Assembly (NCBI RefSeq): GCF_009914755.1
Contig: NC_060931.1
Strand: one strand, 5' to 3'
DNA from: the human T2T-CHM13v2.0 reference genome, Homo sapiens
DNA length: 64,000 nucleotides
The notes under the pieces were generated by a model. The model was not told where the DNA came from and did no database searches. It saw nothing but the letters and a program-made list of their open reading frames with translations. Position 1 is the stretch's first letter. Each line of letters starts with the position of its first letter. A program made the translations under genes and the position numbers. Positions 29,348 through 64,000 of this stretch are shown piece after piece.

Positions 29348-29478
29348 GGAGACAAGGTCTTTAAAGAGGCGATTATGTTAAAATGAGGTGTTCAGAGTGA
29401 GCCCTAATCTAATGTGACCGGTGTCCTTGTAAGAAGAGAAAATTTGGACATGGAGAGACATTAGAAACGTGTGAGTGC
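29348..29478 (+). mobile_element. MLT1 (MaLR) LTR fragment
   Basis: GGTCTTTAAAGAGGCGATT..GTTAAAATGAGG..CCCTAATCTAATGTGACCGGTGTCCTTGTAAGAAGAG. Confidence 0.7.
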
Positions 29479-29760
29479 GCCGGGCACGGTGGCTCACACT
29501 TGTAATCCCAGCACTTTGGGAGGCCGAGGTGGGCAGATCACTTGAGACCAGGAGTTCAAGACCAGCTGGGGCAACATGGCAAAACCCTGTCTCTAATAAA
29601 AATACAAAAATTAGCCCGGTGTGGTAGTGCATGCCTGCAATCCCAGCTATTCGTGAGGCTGAGGCAGGAGAACTGCTTGAACTGGGAGGCAGAGGTTGCA
29701 GTCAGCTGAGATTGTGCCACTGGCACTCTAGCCTGGGCAACAGAGCGAGACTCTGTCTCA

Positions 29761-30015
<255 letters not shown>

Positions 30016-30285
30016 CTACACTCCAGCCTGGGCGACAGAGCGAGATTCTGTCTCAAAAAAAAAAAAAAAAAAATCTGTCTGAAAAAAAACTTAATGAATT
30101 ATTTCCAAGAAGGACAAACAAAAATACAAATATAGAGATTCATGGAAAACATGACAAAATAAGGCAAGACAAAACTGACAAAATCCAGGAAAGAAGCAGA
30201 AGGGAGCCGGGCACAGTGACTCACACCTGTAATCTCAGCAATCTGGGAGGCCAAAGCAGAAGGATTGCTTGAGGCCAGGAGTTCA

Positions 30286-30531
<246 letters not shown>

Positions 30532-30610
30532 CTATCACACTGGGCATGGTGGCACATGCCTATAATGCCAACTACTCAGGAGGCTGAGGCAGGAGGATCA
30601 CTTGAGCCTA

Positions 30611-31102
<492 letters not shown>

Positions 31103-31324
31103 TCAAAAAAAAAAAGACAGCTGTAGAGGACAGACCAAAGAAAGCCAACATGCACAATTGAAATTTTCAACGAAGATAACCCAAACATTAGAACAAATAA
31201 GTATTTAACTGGGTGTGGTGACTTGAACCTGTAATCCCAGCTACTAGGTAGGCTGAGGTAGGAGGATCACATGAGGCCAGGAGTTCAAGGCTAGCCTCAG
31301 CAACAGAGTAAGACCCCATATCTC

Positions 31325-31355
<31 letters not shown>

Positions 31356-31360
31356 ATTTA

Positions 31361-31561
<201 letters not shown>

Positions 31562-32609
31562 CTAAGGTGGGAGGATAGCTTGAGCCCCAGGGTGGAAGCT
31601 GCAGTGAGCTGTGATTATGCCACTGCACTCCAGCCTGAGCAACAGAGCAAGACCCTGTCTCAAAAAAACAAATGAATAAAGTTATGAGCCAGCGATTTTT
31701 TTGTTTTAAAACAAGCCAAGCCATCATTCACACACAAAGGCTACAAACGATAGTTTTGAACATACAGGAATTCTGGGGATATTTTTCCCATGAGAATATT
31801 TTTTTTTTGAGATGGAGTTTCGTCTTGTTGCCCAGGCTGAAGTGCAATGGCGCGATCTTGGTGCACCGCAACTGTCGCCTCGTAGGTTCAAGTGATTCTC
31901 CTGCCTCAGCCTCCCGTGTAGCTGGGAATACACGCCTGGCTAATTTTGTATTTTTAGTAGAGACGGGGTTTCTCCATGTTGGTAAGGCTGGTCTTGAACT
32001 CCTGACCTCAGGTGGTCTGTCCACCTTGGCCTCACAAAGTGCTGGGATTACAGGCATGAGCCACTGTGCCTGGTCTTGCATGGGAATATTTTTCTTGAGG
32101 ACACTGCTAATGAATAAACATTACTCACCAATGGATAGCAAAGGGAACTTCAGCAAAGGGACAAGCAAGAGCATTGAGTGTACATCATTGCAAAACTAAG
32201 ACTAAATAAACCCAGGTTTGGGGGAGAAAAAACAGAATGTAAACGTTACCTACTCTGACAATACAGAAATGATGCAATAGAAAAATTAGGAGGACAAAGA
32301 TTATGGAATAAATGAAGTAGGGTGAGTTTTTGCAGGCTGTTTCATCTATAATAACCGAGAGTTAAAAGATTATTTAAATCACATTTAATTAACAGTGTAA
32401 GAATAATATTAAGAAAAACAATATTGCTGGCTGAAATCAGATAATAGGTCAATCATGGTGGCTGACACCTGTAATCCCAGCACTTTGGGAGGCTGAGGCA
32501 GGAGGATCGCTTGAGGCTAGCTACTTGGGAGGCTGAGGTGGGAGGATCACTTGAGCCCAGGAGTTAAAAGCTGCAGTGAGCTAATGATTGTGCCGCTGCA
32601 CTTTATTTA

Positions 32610-32963
<354 letters not shown>

Positions 32964-33344
32964 TCAGTCAGTCATTCATGGAGGAGAAGGGAAAGTTCTT
33001 CCTTACAGCAGAATTTCAACCAATAAATGTATAATGAATGATGAAAGCAGAAAATTGGCCAGGTGCAGTGGCTCACTCCTGTAATCCTAGCAATTTGGTA
33101 GGCCAAAGTGGGAGGATCACTTGAGGCCAGGAGTTCAAGACCAGCCTGAGCAACATAGCTTTTCAGAGAACTTGTCTCTGCAAAAAAATTAGCCAGGCAT
33201 GATGGTGGATCACTTGAGCCCAGAAGGTCGAGGTTGCAGTAAGCAGTGATTGCGCCACTGCACTCCAGCCTGGGCACCAGAGTGAGACTCTATCTCTTAA
33301 AAATATATAAAAGAAAAAATTAATAGAAAATTACCACTTGCAAA

Positions 33345-34895
<1,551 letters not shown>

Positions 34896-35239
34896 AAGAT
34901 CACAGTAATAATTGTTTCAGGCAAAAATTATTGATGGGCTGGGTACAGTGGCTCACGCCTGTAACCCCAGCACTTTGGGAGGCTGAGGCAGGAGGACTGC
35001 TTGAGCCCAGAAGTTTGAAACTCACCCAGACAACATAGCATGACCTTCTCTCTACAAAAAAAAAAAAAAGTTTTAAATTAGCCAGCCATAGTGGTGCACG
35101 TCTGTAGTCTCAGCTACTCAGGAGGCTGAGATAGGAAGCTGAGCCCAGGAGGTTCAGGCTGCAGTAAGCTGTGTGATTGAGCTACTGCACTCCAGCCTGG
35201 GCGACAGGGTGAGACCCTGTCTCAAAAAAAAAAAAAGAA

Positions 35240-36475
<1,236 letters not shown>

Positions 36476-36629
36476 TTCCATTTTTGAGACAAGGTCTCAC
36501 TCTGTCGCCGAGACTGGGAGTGCAGTGCTGTGATTCTGGCTCACTGCAACCTCCGCCTCCTGGGTTCAAGCAATTCCACCTCAGCCACACAAGTAGCTGG
36601 GATTACAGGCGTGTGCCACCACACCTGGC

Positions 36630-37170
<541 letters not shown>

Positions 37171-37222
37171 AGACCCATGGGAAATGTTTCAAAAGTGAGA
37201 ACTTCTTATACATGTTATTTAA

Positions 37223-37788
<566 letters not shown>

Positions 37789-38139
37789 TGAACTCCTGAC
37801 CTCAAGTGATCCGCCCACCTCGGCTTCCCAAAGTACTGGGATTACAAACGTGCGCCACCATGCTTGGCCTCCTCATAACATTTTTAACAGCAGTTATAAT
37901 AAATCCGCATGCACACCGTGTAATGCCTATGGAACTAATAACTAGTCTTCTATCGTGCAGTGCTACTAGTCACATATATAGATGTTTTTGTGATTCTCAA
38001 ATACACAAACCCACCTAAGAGCATCATATACCCAGATATTCACTGCAGTCTGAATAGCAGACTGTGAACAACTTAAACATCAGTCAGTAGGTGACCGGTT
38101 AGTTGTGTCATTCTTTTTGAGAAAGGGTCAGCTCCGTAG

Positions 38140-38283
<144 letters not shown>

Positions 38284-39089
38284 TAGATGGAGTCTCGCTA
38301 TGTTACCCAGACTGGTCTTGAACTCCCGGGCACAAGTGATGCCCCCGCCTCATCCTCCCAAAGTGCTGGGATTACAGGCGTGAGCCACCCAGCCCTGGCC
38401 CCTAGTTGAGTCATTCTTACAAAGAACATCACGCTGCTGTTACCGAGGACTTCCCATTAGTCTTGATATGGCACAATCTCCAAGACACTTAAAGTATAAC
38501 ACACCCTGCAGTGTGTATTATGAATTGCCATTTGTGTGGGGAAATGATTATATTCATATGTAAGTTTATAAATTCAGAAAGCATTCCGAAAATTCATAGA
38601 GTACCCAGGGGTAACTTTGCTTGTCTCTAGTGTTGAACTAGAAGTGGGAGGAAGATTTAATTTTCACTACATGCCCTTTGGTGCCTTTTGAATTCAGAAC
38701 AATTTCCGTTATTTATTAAAAATAAAATACAGCCGGGCGCGGTGGCTCACGCCTGTAATCCCAACACTTTGGAAGGCCGAGGCGGGAGGATCACTTGAAC
38801 TCAGGAGTATCACTTGAGCTCAGGAGTTTGAGACCACCCTGGGCAACATAGTGAGACCCTATGTTTACAAAAAGAAAATAAATAAAGTAAAATACCACGT
38901 GTTACTGAATCCCTGGTATTTGGCGGGACACTGGATACTGGAAACAATTGTGGAGCTCTTTGGAAATTTACCTTAAAAGGGAGTCCGCTCAAAGGCAGGA
39001 ATGACTCTACAAGGGTGAATTTTCAAATCTGCCATAGGGGCCTCGGGCCTCAGCAGCATCCAGAGCCCTACGGACGGGCAGGTTCTTAC

Positions 39090-39400
39090 GTCTCAACTCC
39101 CATCGCACCAGTCCTGCAGCTTTCTAAAGGTATCCAGCACTTTCTACCTTGCATTCTATCTTCATCTTCGCTAGGCCTCACAGCACCGCATGATTCCGGG
39201 GGAGGGTGCTTATCAGACTCGCGTGTGGCCCCACGGCACCTAGGGCACCGTCGAGCACACGGTCCGGGAAGCTCCAATGAAACGGAACAAACCGCGAGAT
39301 CAGGGGAGGTAGGAGGCCCACCCTACGCCCTGCCCCCGCGGAGCACAAGCCCCGCCTGCGTCCCGAGCTCCCGGGTCCGCAAAGCTGGGCCCCAAAGAGC
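39090..39400 (-). other. PSPH: PSPH 5'-UTR exon 1 (5' end approximate)
   Basis: Donor GAC|GTAAGA at 39090/39089 at the edge of the CpG island shared with CCT6A. The TSS cannot be read from sequence. Confidence 0.72.
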
Positions 39401-39682
39401 TCCAACGCCGGAACCAAGGAGCACGGAATGCCGGGAACAAGCTCCTCCCGTGCGCGATGACGACAAGGCCGAGGCGCGAAGGGTGGGACCGCAGGAGCCG
39501 TGCAGCCGCGGACCAATGAGCGGGCGCCGGACGACCTGTGGCCCAATGGCGGCGGCGCGCGGGCACGCTGGGGGCCGGCCAGACGGGCCGACTTTTCCAG
39601 AAGACCCGGATAGTTCCTCCCGGCCACGCCGCGCCGGCTCTGGGCACTCAGCATCGTTTCCTTTTCCTCCGCTGGAGCAGCT

Positions 39683-50909
<11,227 letters not shown>

Positions 50910-51820
50910 ATTGAAGCTTCCTCTGTATCTGAATCTTGAAGACTGCAAAGTGATCCTGAGGATTACAGCTGTGGAATTTTTGTCCAAGCTTCAAATAATT
51001 TTGAAAGAAATTTTCCCATATGAAAAAAGGAGAGAACACTGGCATCTGTTGAAATTTGGAAGTTCTGAAATTATAGTATTTTTAAAAATTGCACTGAAGT
51101 GTATACACATAAAGCAGGTCTTTTATCCAGTGAACAGGATGTTTTGCTTTAGCAGCAGTGACATAAAATTCCATGTTAGATAAGCATATGTTACTTACCT
51201 TGTTATTAAATATTTCTTGAAAAGCAAATTTTAATGGTTTAATTTTATGTGGACGTATGTTAAATTATCCAACTACCCTATTGTTAAGCATTTGGTTTTA
51301 AAATTTTTATGCTAATATAAATGCTCAAGTAATTTAAAATATTGAAAGCATCCCTGTTGGTATAAATTTCTGAGTAAATGCATTGGATCAGTTGGACTTT
51401 GAACGCCTTTGAAATGGCTTTGCTAAAATGCTCCCGCCACAAAGTTGTAGGAAATGGGAAGAGGAGTCAACTAGAGGCAAGGGAGTTGAGAGAGCTGCAA
51501 CTGTAAAGGGCAAGAACAGGCAGAGGTAAAAAGATGATGGAAGGTGTGGTGACTAAGGGCCACGGTTATTGGGTGAAATTTGAGATTGTAGGCCAACTGT
51601 ATTTTCAAGCTTCTGAACTTAGGCAAAATATTCATCGCAAAGTCTCTAGCGTCATATTTTTCTCACCCAAATTACGTTTCCACGAGATTATTTATATATA
51701 GTTGGTCTATCTCTGCAGTCCTTGAAGGTGAAGTTGTGTGTTACTAGGCTGTGTTTTGGGATGTCAGCAGTGGCCTGAAGTGAGTTGTGCAATAAATGTT
51801 AAGTTGAAACCTCCTTTCTG
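50910..51820 (+). terminator. CCT6A: CCT6A 3' UTR with proximal ATTAAA (51205-51210) and distal AATAAA (51791-51796) poly(A) signals
   Basis: Both hexamers are seen directly, each followed by U/GU-rich sequence. Cleavage sites are approximate. Confidence 0.75.
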
Positions 51821-51899
51821 TTCTTGCAATGGTATGACGCACAAAAGCAATCTTAAGGGGAATGAAAACTGTCCAAAGGTTCAGAAAAGTAGTGAAGGG

Positions 51900-64000
<12,101 letters not shown>

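Noticed and set aside
32270-32278. Second perfect TGATGCAAT
   Set aside because: Lies in AT-rich, L1-like decayed sequence with no promoter features; a 9-mer can occur by chance in 64 kb. Not excluded, but unsupported.

Overview
Human genomic DNA, the PSPH-CCT6A-SUMF2 cluster (chr7p11.2 by recall). PSPH lies on the minus strand with three 5'-UTR exons and four coding exons; its last exon is off the left edge. It is head-to-head with a complete 14-exon CCT6A (1596-nt CDS, 531 aa) that hosts two H/ACA snoRNAs (SNORA22 family and SNORA15). SUMF2 exons 1-5 follow about 340 bp after the CCT6A distal poly(A) signal. Introns are saturated with Alus plus older L1, MIR, LTR and MER relics, and almost all of the ORF track is Alu noise. 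I found no new protein-coding system. The best candidate for undescribed biology is the PSPH 5' leader. Exon 1 carries four uAUGs, one opening a spliced 95-codon uORF across exons 1-2-3. A GC-rich internal promoter-like region at exon 2, next to a perfect ATF4/C-EBP element, would give an AUG-free leader. Skipping exons 2-3 would put two of the uAUGs in frame with PSPH, and a non-Alu inverted duplication brackets exactly those two exons. Also notable are an apparently gene-converted inverted Alu pair around a PSPH coding exon and a young AluYb8. Exon coordinates were derived by hand from GT-AG sites and phase continuity; repeat family names are by eye.
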